Below are positions 35,212-45,683 of a DNA stretch of 64,000 bases, piece by piece. The translations under genes and the position numbers were made by a program. Positions within the stretch are counted from its first letter, which is position 1; every line of letters starts with the position of its first letter. The notes beneath the pieces were generated by a model. That model was not told the DNA's origin, did not search any database, and saw nothing but the letters and a program-made list of their open reading frames with translations. This DNA is from a virus, in IMG/VR virus record IMGVR_UViG_3300002092_000035, positions 27,155 to 91,154 of that record; one strand, 5' to 3'.

Positions 35212-35490
35212 CTATTCAATGTCAACTTGTTTATGTTTGGGCCTTCGTTCAGGTTCATAGTCACGGCCCGGAATTGGAGTAAGATCAGGCACGATATGGC
35301 TGAACTCTATGATATCGCTACCATAACGCAATGTAAACAGTGATGTGACCTTATCATCAGAGAACCCTAATAGGAGATGCTTCTGAAAAGCGACCTTGAA
35401 GCGAACCTTGTTGTTCTTCGCATCCTGTAGGATATCAGCAAACTTATTTGATTCGCGATTAAAGAGTAGATATTTCATCAAGTTTTCCAC
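35212..35490 (-). CDS. Hypothetical protein
   Basis: 92 aa in operon. Confidence 0.6.
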   Translation of the reverse strand: MENLMKYLLFNRESNKFADILQDAKNNKVRFKVAFQKHLLLGFSDDKVTSLFTLRYGSDIIEFSHIVPDLTPIPGRDYEPERRPKHKQVDIE

Positions 35491-35678
35491 AATAAAAAGT
35501 TAACATAATCTCTTTCAGTCTCAAAGAGGAACACAAAACTATTCCATTGATCACGATGATCTTCTGTGTATTTCCAGTCAGACTGGCAATTCCTCACGCA
35601 CCAATCTACGACAGATTGTAACTCACCATACTTCGTAGTGACAGTAGCCTTAAAGGCTGTCTGGGTATTGATGGACAT
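35478..35678 (-). CDS. Dispersed member of the WC..N / FE.E.D..F family
   Basis: DWCVRNC..DW...FLFETERDYVNFLLW. Confidence 0.7.
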   Translation of the reverse strand: MSINTQTAFKATVTTKYGELQSVVDWCVRNCQSDWKYTEDHRDQWNSFVFLFETERDYVNFLLWKT

Positions 35679-36168
35679 TAACTCCGCTTATCATCAAAAA
35701 CTTTATTCCAGCGTCATCACGATACTGGTTCTTATAGTATATAGTCGTGATTCCAGACTGAAAAATAAGTTTAGCACAGTCCATACAAGGAGCATGTGTG
35801 CAGAACATAGTAGCACCTTCGCTTGACTCTGTGCTTCTCGCGACCTTGAGAATGGCGTTGCTTTCGGAGTGGAGTACCTCTGGACGAGTTTTTAACGCAT
35901 ATTGTCTACCGTCACTTTCAATTAATGGAAATATTTCAGTCCATGGGCGGAAAGACATTGGGTCTATCTCTCCTCGAAAGCTGTCTAATTTATATTCTTT
36001 GTGTTCACAGTTGTTATCCCATCCGCTAGGCATTCCATTATATCCAGTAGCGATGATCTGACTATCACCTTTAACGATGACGGCTCCGACCTTCAATCGT
36101 TTGGCATAACTAAGGCTGGCCGTTAACTCAGCAAAGTCCATGAAGTATTTGATAAACTTAGGTTTCAT
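35650..36168 (-). CDS. dCMP deaminase
   Basis: VGAVIV, GYNG.PSG, HSESNA, PCMDCAK. Confidence 0.92.
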   Translation of the reverse strand: MKPKFIKYFMDFAELTASLSYAKRLKVGAVIVKGDSQIIATGYNGMPSGWDNNCEHKEYKLDSFRGEIDPMSFRPWTEIFPLIESDGRQYALKTRPEVLHSESNAILKVARSTESSEGATMFCTHAPCMDCAKLIFQSGITTIYYKNQYRDDAGIKFLMISGVNVHQYPDSL

Positions 36169-36195
36169 GGCTCATCTCCTTCGTAACATTTTCTA

Positions 36196-36528
36196 TCATA
36201 TCTTAATCCAATCACGATGAGGTGGAAGGAGTTTCGTCTCCTCAACATATTTAGCGTGCCATGATCCGCAGTTGTTGACTTCTTCAAGAGTTCCGTAGAC
36301 AAACTCGCTCATCTCGCCGCACAGACCATAGTATTGACTGTATCCATCATACTCTCCGAGAGCATAAGTGTAAACGCCATCTCGCCAAAAAACTAGACTA
36401 GCCCAATATCCACCGTCAGAATCTTGATTAGCTTCTGCATCAAGCTTCTTTTGAGCAAATTTCTCAAGATCAACATCATCGCCAATCTCAATCCATTCGT
36501 CCTCATACATAGTCCAATAAGTTGCCAT
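36196..36528 (-). CDS. Hypothetical protein
   Basis: 110 aa downstream of promoter. Confidence 0.7.
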   Translation of the reverse strand: MATYWTMYEDEWIEIGDDVDLEKFAQKKLDAEANQDSDGGYWASLVFWRDGVYTYALGEYDGYSQYYGLCGEMSEFVYGTLEEVNNCGSWHAKYVEETKLLPPHRDWIKI

Positions 36529-36556
36529 CTTTATCTATTTCCTGTGTCTATGACTC

Positions 36557-36585
36557 AGTATATCAAAACGGGTAACAGATGTCAA
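36557..36585 (-). promoter_or_regulatory. Sigma70 promoter
   Basis: TTGACA-17-TATACT, preceded by TTTTCGG. Confidence 0.7.
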
Positions 36586-36756
36586 CCGAAAAGGTCTCAC
36601 GATTCTTTTACTATCTTGGCCCAGTCTAAATACGAATCATCCTCACCAAAATCGGATTCTTCTTCTGCATGTTCTTGGCAAAACGGATGATTACCCGAAA
36701 ACTGAGTATACCTTATCCAGACTGCTGGTTCATCGCATATAATGCAAAGTTCATTT

Positions 36757-36972
36757 TCATCGTTCATTGCTCATCTCCCTCATTTGCTTTAGAATATTTT
36801 CCAATGGTTCCTGTAGCATAACTCTACTATTTTTATCCTTTATGTGTGCTTCACAATATCGCTGCCCATTCGTGGTTTTGTCACCAAGAAGAGTAACAAT
36901 CCAAATATCACCACTAGCGGTAACAATCTCATAAGAATCAATCTTATGAATTGGTCCTATTGACTCGCTCAT
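36757..36972 (-). CDS. Hypothetical protein
   Basis: 71 aa in operon. Confidence 0.55.
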   Translation of the reverse strand: MSESIGPIHKIDSYEIVTASGDIWIVTLLGDKTTNGQRYCEAHIKDKNSRVMLQEPLENILKQMREMSNER

Positions 36973-36996
36973 CTTTTTTCCAATAGGTTGGTTTTG

Positions 36997-37185
36997 TTAG
37001 GCTTCATACAACTTTTCTAACTCAATCTTGGCTCGCTGCAACGACTGAATCTCAACACCCATATCATGCAGACCATGTGCGTCTTTGTTTTCAAGGAACA
37101 CGCGAGCCATAGCCCAGCAAATTTCTTCTCTGGTCTCTATTGTCTTGATAGAGTTACGAATTGCTTTCATTTTAGTCTCCTTCAT
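36997..37185 (-). CDS. Hypothetical protein
   Basis: 62 aa ORF; true start may be the second Met. Confidence 0.55.
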   Translation of the reverse strand: MKETKMKAIRNSIKTIETREEICWAMARVFLENKDAHGLHDMGVEIQSLQRAKIELEKLYEA

Positions 37186-37504
37186 CTAATAGGTTGATTT
37201 TATTAGGTTTGTCCTTCCATTCAGCAGCATCAGGAAGCGGTTCCTTAGCCTTAGTGATATTTGGCCACTTCGCAGATAATCTCGCATTGAGGTCCAACCA
37301 GAAAGGCATATCAGTCACTAACTTGTCATCATCTTGAACGATAGCATCAACCGGACATTCTGTAATACAGACGCCACAGTCAATACATTCATCCGGATTG
37401 ATCACTAGGAAGTTAGGACCTTCGTAGAAACAATCCACTGGACATACCGTCACACAGTCAGTGTGCTTACATTTAATACAACTATCTAATACCACATGTG
37501 TCAT
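37172..37504 (-). CDS. fdxA: 7Fe ferredoxin
   Basis: [26 protein letters not shown]...[15 protein letters not shown]. Confidence 0.92.
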   Translation of the reverse strand: MTHVVLDSCIKCKHTDCVTVCPVDCFYEGPNFLVINPDECIDCGVCITECPVDAIVQDDDKLVTDMPFWLDLNARLSAKWPNITKAKEPLPDAAEWKDKPNKINLLDEGD

Positions 37505-37508
37505 TTTT

Positions 37509-38057
37509 TTAATCCCAAAGTGAGCGGAAATAACGGCCAAATAATACCAGCCCTTCTTGGATGCGATCTTCGTGTAGACGATGCCCGACAGAATCGTACC
37601 AGTGTTCACTGGGATTCTTGTCAATAATTTGATAAGTGCTTTCCATCTTTCCTGTAATAGGATCTGGATGCTGCTTATCTGTCTTCTCCCAACTGATATC
37701 TATCTTACCGTGATGATACTTTGAGTCATAATCTTCAATGACGAGTTGTTGAAAAGACCAGATTATCTTGTCTAATACAGTTTCCCAAGCAGCACAGCCC
37801 TTTTCAAACACTTCGTCCTTGTCTTCCTTCATGAAATCAAATACGCCTTGACTATTCCAATTTTCAGCAATGTCATCCACGAATTCTGAGGGGACACCAT
37901 GTTTAGTATGCTTGAGTTGGATGAGTGCAGGTAGGATTATAAGAGCAAGAGTGCTATCAAGGTTCCATGTATCATGCTGTTCAATCTGGATGTCTATCCG
38001 ACGTTCAGCACGGTCGTAAAACTTGCCTAGCTTAACCTTCATCTTTGCCCTCAACAT
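37509..38057 (-). CDS. Conserved phage hypothetical protein
   Basis: DTWNLD.TLA.II.P.L.QL...KHG.P; EG..LFG.YF..LWD. Confidence 0.75.
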   Translation of the reverse strand: MLRAKMKVKLGKFYDRAERRIDIQIEQHDTWNLDSTLALIILPALIQLKHTKHGVPSEFVDDIAENWNSQGVFDFMKEDKDEVFEKGCAAWETVLDKIIWSFQQLVIEDYDSKYHHGKIDISWEKTDKQHPDPITGKMESTYQIIDKNPSEHWYDSVGHRLHEDRIQEGLVLFGRYFRSLWD

Positions 38058-38176
38058 AATAGACGCCGGAATTATTTAGATGCTCTGCTGCAAACTTTTC
38101 TGCTTCCTCACGGGTATGGAAGATGCCATAGACATCTTCGCTCCAGAGGTCAACTACCTTGATGATCTTTTTTGTT

Positions 38177-38626
38177 TCAGTATTCCGGTCCATGTGTCTT
38201 GTCCGTGCGTTTATAAAGTTGAAACCAATCTACCCCGTGTGCTGGGCAAACTAGCAGTGTTTCCGGAAGGTTATTTTCGTCTTTCTCACCGGCTTCACCA
38301 GTGATGAAATATGTACCAGGAAACTTATCAGGGAAAATAGACTTGATGATCTTCATAGAGGATTCGTAGCCCTTCTTATACATCTCAAGTTCTTCTGTCA
38401 CGGCCTCTCTCAACGCCTCTACCTCAGCCCGGAGAGCGTCTTCGCGGGAGGTAGAGCCAGCAAGGGCCTGCTTGTACGCCCAGACCGTCTGGCTCATCCG
38501 CATAGGGTCGCGGTTGCATTTGCATCCGCCGTTGGTGTGCTGGCCGGGTGGTTCGTAGACGATGCAATTCGCGTTTCCGCATCCGCCGATCTGCTCAAGC
38601 CTCGCGGCAAGTTCCTCACGGTTCAT
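38177..38626 (-). CDS. Chimeric hypothetical protein (GC-rich 5' half, AT-rich 3' half)
   Basis: Composition switch near 38400. Confidence 0.65.
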   Translation of the reverse strand: MNREELAARLEQIGGCGNANCIVYEPPGQHTNGGCKCNRDPMRMSQTVWAYKQALAGSTSREDALRAEVEALREAVTEELEMYKKGYESSMKIIKSIFPDKFPGTYFITGEAGEKDENNLPETLLVCPAHGVDWFQLYKRTDKTHGPEY

Positions 38627-39810
38627 CGTCCTTCACCCCCAGTAAGAGCGCGGTGGGCGGCTTGCGCCTTTAGCCGGTTTATCTCCCAGCCCTGCAAGGC
38701 GCTGATCACAGGCCACAGGATCAGCAGGAATGATCCGATCTTGAACAGGTGCGGCGGAAGGTTCCCCAGCCACAGAACAACCGCCCCAAATGCAGCGCCT
38801 GCAATTTCAAGAGCGGTAATAGATTTCAAAAAATCTTTCATTCCCCACCCCCAAACGTATCAGCAGCGTTAAAGGCAATTTCCCAAAGTTCGTGAAAGCA
38901 AAAAGCAGTTGGGTCGGGGACAAACGCGCCAATAGCTTCCCATTGGTTTTGTGTGCATGTCTTCCCCACGATCTTCTTTCCGTCCCCCTCAATGGCGCGG
39001 ATGGCTGCTAGGGCGGCTTCATTGCAAGCGTCGTCAAATTGGCGACGGATGTGAGGTAGCATCCGGTCACGAGGGTCGCCGGACATAACGGGTTGGTTAT
39101 TGCCGGACACGAGCGATGCGAAGGTGTGGCCTATCTCCCGCGACACGATCTCAACTAGGTCACTCATGCCCGGCGTGCCTTTCCCGTAACCAGAAGTAGG
39201 GCGATCTGGGCCTGTGTCGCAGCTTCGATGGCAAAACTTCGCCAACCGTTTGCGACGGGGCGCAAACACTTCCCGGCAAGTTCCAGTCCAAAATACACGC
39301 CAAAGAAAGGCGCGAGGAGCATAAGCGCCGGTGCAAGAAGGGTCCATTTGACCGTCCTGAACGTCGCAGCCATGACCCAACTAAATGCTGGCGAAGGGCG
39401 CGGGTCCAAACGCTTACCGGACCGAAGTTCGGCTATAGTGAGGCGTGTGTCATCACTCATGGCTTGCTCCTTTGATAGCGGCGTTGAAATGCGTGTCCAG
39501 CCGGACCATTTCGGCAAAAACCCTCGGCATCTTGTCAGCGAGATATGGCCTGATGACTCGCATAACCGATTGAGCATCTGCCAGCACCTCCCTCAACCTC
39601 TCCACCTCAGCCTGAAGAGCGTCTTCACGGTTGCGGGCCGTGATCAGTTCATCGGCTGCTTGGTGAAGGACGGATGCATGGTCGTGCAGTAGCATCGCGT
39701 ATTCCGCATCCATGCGGAGTGTGGTCTTGGCGACGAAGGTGTCGTGATCTGCAATTTTCCGCACCAGTTCATGTAGCGGTTCGGTCTCGACCAGTTCATC
39801 ATTCATGATC
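38400..39810 (-). other. GC-rich horizontally acquired patch with small coupled ORFs
   Basis: 37/60 GC in 38461-38520 versus 23/60 in 38341-38400; ORFs 38623-38841, 38838-39167, 39164-39460. Confidence 0.8.
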
Positions 39811-39839
39811 TCTTCGCTCTCTTTTAAAGTCTTATTCAT
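39453..39839 (-). CDS. Hypothetical protein at the edge of the GC-rich patch
   Basis: AADEL...L.AEVERLRE motif typical of small phage proteins. Confidence 0.65.
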   Translation of the reverse strand: MNKTLKESEEIMNDELVETEPLHELVRKIADHDTFVAKTTLRMDAEYAMLLHDHASVLHQAADELITARNREDALQAEVERLREVLADAQSVMRVIRPYLADKMPRVFAEMVRLDTHFNAAIKGASHE

Positions 39840-39877
39840 ATTATTACTATATAGCCTTTGAGATAAAATGCAATAGC

Positions 39878-40735
39878 CTATATGTCCAAATACTTCAATG
39901 TGAAATCTATGGCTTGCTGTTCATATCCTGCGTATCCCCTAGGGTTGCACACGACACGGGTAGCACCGATCATGTAGTCATGGGGTTGATGCATGTGACC
40001 ATGACACCATAGGGCTATCTGAGGGCGGTCTAGAATGGATTCACTGAGATCGCTATGATATCCCCCGTTCATGATGGTATCCTTCTTATACTGCTCGTGT
40101 ATGCTCATGTGAGACGGTGCATGATGCCCCACAACCACATACTTCTTCGCGGGATCAGCATCCACAGTCTTTAGGATATACTTCAATGCGTCACGATGAT
40201 CTGACACAGCATCCTCAGGAGAGAACCTACGATAGTTCTTCTGGCTATTACGGATGATACGGAAATCATTCATCATGCCGGCAATCAAGTGTAGGGTAGT
40301 TGGATCACCCTTATTCATATCAGTCCAGAGCGTAGCACCAACAAAGGTGATATCCCCGATCTCTACGGAATCCTTCTCTAGGAAATGAATGTTAGGAAAC
40401 TCGTCGCACTTAGTCTTCATCCAAGTATAAGCATCGGGATAGCTACCATGATATAGTTCGTGGTTGCCTGCGATCTGAACCACATGAGGAAACTGCTCAC
40501 TCACATGAGCGAGGAACTTATGATACTCATAAGCTTTCTTCTGATTGTCGCTCAATTTCCAGATGGCATCACTGCCCCGAAGGCTCGGGTCATGCTTGTA
40601 AATATCACCGTGGTCATGCAGGGCAATACCAGTCATGATATCACCTGCGAGAATCAACACATCGGCATTCTCTGTGTTGTTCAGTTCTATTGTGCGGATC
40701 TCCAAATGTAAATCCGATGCTAGGGCAATCTTCAT
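39878..40735 (-). CDS. Metallophosphoesterase
   Basis: SDLHLE, AGD, GNHE, HHAP, HGHMH, NPRGY. Confidence 0.92.
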   Translation of the reverse strand: MKIALASDLHLEIRTIELNNTENADVLILAGDIMTGIALHDHGDIYKHDPSLRGSDAIWKLSDNQKKAYEYHKFLAHVSEQFPHVVQIAGNHELYHGSYPDAYTWMKTKCDEFPNIHFLEKDSVEIGDITFVGATLWTDMNKGDPTTLHLIAGMMNDFRIIRNSQKNYRRFSPEDAVSDHRDALKYILKTVDADPAKKYVVVGHHAPSHMSIHEQYKKDTIMNGGYHSDLSESILDRPQIALWCHGHMHQPHDYMIGATRVVCNPRGYAGYEQQAIDFTLKYLDI

Positions 40736-40794
40736 ATACGATTCCTTTATTATACCTAACTATAACATATATAGGAGCAGAAGTCAAGCTAAAA

Positions 40795-40872
40795 GATAAA
40801 TAAGTGTGAGTCGCGGAAGACCAATTCCCACTCACTCTAACGCTTTATAGGAGCACCAGCATGACTATTTAC
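40795..40872 (+). promoter_or_regulatory. Conserved structured leader of homing endonuclease gene (copy 1)
   Basis: GATAAATAA, hairpin with CGC bulge, TCTAACGCT..AGGAGCA.CAGC ATGACTATTTA; shared with 51830-51909. Confidence 0.7.
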
Positions 40873-41508
40873 ACCACTGACCCCGTTCAATCACTTTATT
40901 GCGTATATTTAACTATATATCGCGGTAATAAACTGCCGCCGTTCTATATAGGTTCTACTAGCATATCTAAGATTAACTCCGGATATAAAGGTTCCGTTGC
41001 TAGCAAGGAATATAAAACCATCTGGAAACAAGAACTGGAAGAAAATCCTTCCCTGTTTAAGACCATAATCATTTCAAAGCACGAAACTCGCTCGGCAGCA
41101 TTTGATCACGAAGAATATTTACAAAAAGCAAGGAAAGTTGTACCTAACACCATGTATGTAAACCTTTCTTATGCGAATACACGATTCTCCAAACATCAAT
41201 CCGGTAAAGACAATCATATGTTCGGTAGAATCGGAAAACTACATCATCGTTACGGTTTGGGACACTCGGAAAAAACAAAGAAGCTCATAGCAGACAAACA
41301 TCATGATGTTTCCGGTGCAAACAATCCTAGAGCAAAACTCATCTACCTACACACTCCAACCGGTGAAATCATTCACTGTTGCGGTAACCTAAGAACTACT
41401 TGTAAAGAGTTGGGTATATCATTCGCTACAGTCTTTAAGACTTTAGGAACTAAGATACCAGTTGTTAGAGGAAGGACAAAAGGATACATCGCAAGGTATA
41501 GTGATTAG
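40861..41508 (+). CDS. GIY-YIG (Seg-like) homing endonuclease, inverted to neighbours
   Basis: YCVYLT......PFYIGS; Y.GS; NUMOD-like G..N.MFG, HSEKTK. Confidence 0.8.
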   Translation: MTIYTTDPVQSLYCVYLTIYRGNKLPPFYIGSTSISKINSGYKGSVASKEYKTIWKQELEENPSLFKTIIISKHETRSAAFDHEEYLQKARKVVPNTMYVNLSYANTRFSKHQSGKDNHMFGRIGKLHHRYGLGHSEKTKKLIADKHHDVSGANNPRAKLIYLHTPTGEIIHCCGNLRTTCKELGISFATVFKTLGTKIPVVRGRTKGYIARYSD

Positions 41509-41596
41509 TCCTCACCTGACCCGCCGCCACCATCGCGATATACGATAGCATCATCTGGTATATCGGAGAGCAGTTCCTTGAGTTCTTTTACAGTCA

Positions 41597-41962
41597 TCAC
41601 CCTCTCCGCATCCTTGCGATTTCAACCGCATCTTCTTTACTAAAAACTGGCACCAAACAACTCTTGTGTAATACGGCAATCCCGAGAAGTTTGTCACCTG
41701 TATACTTGTTCTCTTCCTTCTTGAACCCGTTACCAACAGTGTCAGAAGTAGGAACAGAACGACGAGCCTCATAGGTAAATGTGCTTTCTTCTACGACACG
41801 CTTCTTAGCCTTCTTAGCCTTAAGTTGATCACTATGCAGACCACGCTTACGCAACCATGCCTCATGTTCGGCTAATGCTCGCTTTTGCGGTGCAGTAAGT
41901 TTCTGCTTGATCTTACCCTGATTAATGGTGCTCACGAATACAGGTGCTAGGTGCATTGACAT
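41597..41962 (-). CDS. Conserved phage hypothetical protein
   Basis: YTG..LLGIA.LHKS.LVPVF..E.A.EIA.MRR. Confidence 0.75.
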   Translation of the reverse strand: MSMHLAPVFVSTINQGKIKQKLTAPQKRALAEHEAWLRKRGLHSDQLKAKKAKKRVVEESTFTYEARRSVPTSDTVGNGFKKEENKYTGDKLLGIAVLHKSCLVPVFSKEDAVEIARMRRG

Positions 41963-42129
41963 TGGTTAATCCTTACTTAAGACTTTACGATCGGCGAGGT
42001 TACAAGAACTACATCGGCGACTTTGAATAGTGAGTATGTGAGCATATCTGTCCTTAACCTTTTCAGTTTCAGGTCAACCTGCTGCTAGCGCATCTAGCCA
42101 GATGTCTAATTGTATTTAGTGATATCACC

Positions 42130-42522
42130 CTATTTTTTCACAGTCATATCACAAAACATGTGAGCAAGTTCACTATCATTTTTGTCGTTCAACAGAAACG
42201 ATTTGTCCATTTTTTTATAGGCGTAATGAACCATCATAGATGCAGTTTCTCGTCCACTATCGGTATATACATATTTCTCAACGCAGGTGTTAAGTTCAGC
42301 GTGATACTTTTTATCAGCCAGTTCTTCCTGATTTCTTTTTGCTTCTATAGCATGGTATTCTGGTGAATTACCAAATGTAATAAAACTTGTGATTGCCCAT
42401 CCATAAAATGATACAGTAAATACAGTTACTACCCAAAATCGCCAAGACCGAGGCTTTTTTGCCTTATTCAATGGTCGTTCACGAATCATATTCAATATAT
42501 TCTGTGACCTATTATTCATCAC
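42130..42522 (-). CDS. Hypothetical membrane protein
   Basis: Single TM helix. Confidence 0.6.
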   Translation of the reverse strand: MMNNRSQNILNMIRERPLNKAKKPRSWRFWVVTVFTVSFYGWAITSFITFGNSPEYHAIEAKRNQEELADKKYHAELNTCVEKYVYTDSGRETASMMVHYAYKKMDKSFLLNDKNDSELAHMFCDMTVKK

Positions 42523-42687
42523 GCTGCCTCCTCATCGCTCTGTTGTAGACGAGCCCAAACTAATTTCTTCTCAAACTTTTCATCGTCATTCAAAATATTG
42601 ATGATTTCAACAATTTCATCAGCAGTGATATCATGTTGCAAAGGCTCTTCTGTTAATCTTCTAAATGTGTTTTCTTTCTCATTCATG

Positions 42688-43074
42688 TTAGATAGAAAGT
42701 TCCCCTTCTACACGCAAAATACGAATAGCATCCGTGCGTTGTCCAGGAGCAACCTTGATCTTTATAGGACCATAATCAAGGGATTCCACTAGATCCTTGC
42801 ATTCCTTGAGACCAAGTCGCGGGTCAACCGTCCTGACGGCCTTGATCGCATTGATCTTTTTTGGGACCGATTGCATCGGAATACGGATAAACTCATCATG
42901 ATTACCAGTGATCATTGCAAAGAAAATAGAACCCTTTACATCAGGGTCAAGCGTCCCTGCGATATTATCCCACAACTTCATTCCCTCTTCACTGCCGTAG
43001 GCTTCGGTGATGGAGCGAAGAAAGTCTATGCCACTCTGAATGATGTCGTGTCTGTGTTCTGCTGGAATAGTCAT
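42688..43074 (-). CDS. Protein with ribosomal bL12 C-terminal-like domain
   Basis: KINAIKAVR....LGLKECKDLVES. Confidence 0.75.
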   Translation of the reverse strand: MTIPAEHRHDIIQSGIDFLRSITEAYGSEEGMKLWDNIAGTLDPDVKGSIFFAMITGNHDEFIRIPMQSVPKKINAIKAVRTVDPRLGLKECKDLVESLDYGPIKIKVAPGQRTDAIRILRVEGELSI

Positions 43075-43469
43075 GCTGCTAAAACCTCTTGAGAATGTTT
43101 ACAAGTCTTACGAAACGAGAAGCCCTGACATGTGCAAGTCGCCTTACCGTTTTCCTTCGTGACGATATATGTATCGCCTTTAGAACCTTTCACGACGATC
43201 TCAACACGCTCTGACTTGATCGGCGTGTAATCAACTGCGGTATCATTGACAGACACTACATCTGCACGACGAAGACGACGGATAGGATGATGAGGCTGAT
43301 CAGAGGTAATACCGACCTCATGCACGCCATACCACTTTTGGCGAACTATAGTGCCGGTGTAAATATGGAATTCAGGAATACGGACATTCACTGCATAACG
43401 ATCACGGAAAGGCCAGAGAACATTCTTGACCTTGATCGTAGCAACATTACCTTCTTTGAGCATATCCAT
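43071..43469 (-). CDS. SWIM zinc-finger protein
   Basis: GSKGDTY.V....CTC.GF.FR..CKH. Confidence 0.8.
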   Translation of the reverse strand: MDMLKEGNVATIKVKNVLWPFRDRYAVNVRIPEFHIYTGTIVRQKWYGVHEVGITSDQPHHPIRRLRRADVVSVNDTAVDYTPIKSERVEIVVKGSKGDTYIVTKENGKATCTCQGFSFRKTCKHSQEVLAA

Positions 43470-43534
43470 GAGTATGTCTCTCGTTGACTATAACTTACTT
43501 TACGCCCAAAGAAGGAGAATGTCAAGCCTTATTT

Positions 43535-44893
43535 TTAGACAGAAGCGTTTTTCCGGACTTCATCAAAGTTATATTCCTTGACGATCTTTCCGTTTTCAAA
43601 CACGAGTTCAAGTGCGTCAGGCGACCCGTTCTCAACACCGCTGACAAAACCAGCATCAGTCTTAAACAAAGTAACACGGCCCTTCTTGCTCTGCTTGCCT
43701 TGGTCAGTGATAGGATCCTTGAACACATCAATCCACACCCCGTCAACCAATCCGGAACTGCACTTCATCGCAAACTTCTGATCATCACGATTGACGATCT
43801 GTAGCAATGCACCGCCCTGACCGAATGCAACATTGTCAGCAGAGAAACCTTCACGAGTGATAGTTGCAAGAATTTCGTTGATGCTCTCGTGATTGATACC
43901 ATCGCCTTGGATGACACGAACATTGTTCAGGACCTTGAAGCCCTTTTCATTGATCGTTGACCCAAAGTGTTCATCAAGGATGCGAAGACATCCTGCCACT
44001 ACCGGAGCGGGTTCACCGGAATCCGGACGAATGACAACCGTAGCTCCGGAATTGATCACATCTTCCTTAAGGACTGTCCCCCACAGCTTACATGCATTGA
44101 AGATATCATAGCTGTCACTGACACATGCGAGGACTCCGCCTGGCTTCGCATTCTGCTTAAGCATGTTGCGATAGCTGTCAACTTCGTTTTCACGGCCCCA
44201 GCTAGTTACAGTGCTGTGTTCCATAGCAGGAATACTAAAACCGGCCATATCAGCATTGTAATAGCGGCGTGTGAAAAGAAGTGCTTCAACGGTGTCAGTT
44301 CCCATGAAATTGACCAGATGTGCTGCACCGCCGATTCCAGCACTCTCAAGACTAGATACGCCACGAGCACCGAAATCATGTAGCTTGAAATCAATAGTAG
44401 TTGGGTCACCAGTTTTCTCTAGGTAATAAAGAATAATCTTCTTGCTTTCGCGGCTGTTAGTAGCCACAGTAGTCGGATACCAGATCGCCCGAAGCAGGGC
44501 AGTCTCAAGGAACGAAGTCAGCCAGTAGCAGGCGGGGTCAGTGTTCTCAATCGTCGCGAGAACATTCTTTACAGGAACAACCGTACCTTCTGGAACTGCA
44601 CGAATACGCACAGGAAGATAACCGGCATGCTCTTGAAGAATGTATTCCCAGCCTGTACGATTGAAGGGTTCGCCGTGTGCAGTGATGATGAGTTCTGCCT
44701 CATCAATCATATCCTGTGTGATAGGTTCTAGAAGGTATTCCTTGACGAATGCCTGAAGACCGAAAAACACAGTCTCGTCATACTTGCCACCGCGGCTCTC
44801 AATGTAGCTGTAGATACCAGTGGTGTTAGCAGGGTATTGATTGAACTGCGAATACTTATACGAGTCCGAATTGAGAATGATATTATGTTTCAT
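43535..44893 (-). CDS. nadV: Nicotinamide phosphoribosyltransferase
   Basis: DSYK, HDFGARG, PAMEHS, SDSYD, RPDSG, IQGDG, KDPITD.GK.SKKG. Confidence 0.95.
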   Translation of the reverse strand: MKHNIILNSDSYKYSQFNQYPANTTGIYSYIESRGGKYDETVFFGLQAFVKEYLLEPITQDMIDEAELIITAHGEPFNRTGWEYILQEHAGYLPVRIRAVPEGTVVPVKNVLATIENTDPACYWLTSFLETALLRAIWYPTTVATNSRESKKIILYYLEKTGDPTTIDFKLHDFGARGVSSLESAGIGGAAHLVNFMGTDTVEALLFTRRYYNADMAGFSIPAMEHSTVTSWGRENEVDSYRNMLKQNAKPGGVLACVSDSYDIFNACKLWGTVLKEDVINSGATVVIRPDSGEPAPVVAGCLRILDEHFGSTINEKGFKVLNNVRVIQGDGINHESINEILATITREGFSADNVAFGQGGALLQIVNRDDQKFAMKCSSGLVDGVWIDVFKDPITDQGKQSKKGRVTLFKTDAGFVSGVENGSPDALELVFENGKIVKEYNFDEVRKNASV

Positions 44894-44983
44894 GATAAAC
44901 TCCTTATTCATGTTTTATGCTGACTGTCTATCAGTCAGACTTTTTCAGTTCTATTATTACAATAGCACCTCATTGTGCCATTG

Positions 44984-45484
44984 TCAACCGAATTCTACTA
45001 GTGTTACAGTGCTGCCAGCTTCGGTTACTCTGGTAGCAAAGTTTTCTAGCATAGCGATGATTCGTGTAGAGTCGCCGCCAGCCAATCCCATTCCGATGTA
45101 GGGGAATCCAAAACGCCTAGCTGGAAATTCAGTCGCCATCTTTTTAAGAATGAGACTAAACGAACCGTATTCAAACCGATCTAGGAATTCTTCATCCTTC
45201 TTGTTGTAGTCAAGCTGGGTATAAGCATTCACGATTGCAAAACTAGACCCAGACTTGCGGCCAAGAAAACCTACATGCAATGAATAGTTACCAAGAAGCT
45301 GTACTGGAAACTGCGTTCTGGAATGCATATTAGAATCAGCACGATAAGCAAGAGGATATCGTTCCTTAATCTCTTTAGCGATGCCAGAACCCATTGTATT
45401 TTGACAGTTGCAACCATGTACGATTACATCAAACTCACCCTGCTCTGCAAGGTCAATAAGATTTCCCTTAGTGTGCTTAAGCAT
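44984..45484 (-). CDS. Macro domain protein (ADP-ribose binding/hydrolase)
   Basis: HGCNC..TMGSGIA, NAYTQ, P.IG.GLAGG. Confidence 0.9.
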   Translation of the reverse strand: MLKHTKGNLIDLAEQGEFDVIVHGCNCQNTMGSGIAKEIKERYPLAYRADSNMHSRTQFPVQLLGNYSLHVGFLGRKSGSSFAIVNAYTQLDYNKKDEEFLDRFEYGSFSLILKKMATEFPARRFGFPYIGMGLAGGDSTRIIAMLENFATRVTEAGSTVTLVEFG

Positions 45485-45681
45485 TATCGTCTCCGATTCG
45501 TGAATACATTACCGTTGCATTGAGGGCATTTAATGCCATCATCATGTTCGCAATCACCGAGATAATCGCAACTGTGCCTGATAGATTTAACTTCACTCTG
45601 CGTGTATTCTAGTATAGCAGCACAGCTTAGGCAAGTAATACGCTTTACCGCAGTTTCGTCTTTTCCTACTACTTTGACCAT
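45484..45681 (-). CDS. Zn-ribbon protein
   Basis: CLSC...CPQC. Confidence 0.7.
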   Translation of the reverse strand: MVKVVGKDETAVKRITCLSCAAILEYTQSEVKSIRHSCDYLGDCEHDDGIKCPQCNGNVFTNRRR

Positions 45682-45683
45682 GA

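Noticed and set aside
38838-39692. Long overlapping ORFs on both strands in the GC-rich patch
   Set aside because: Expected from stop scarcity at high GC; the coupled minus-strand starts at 39460 and 39167 explain the region
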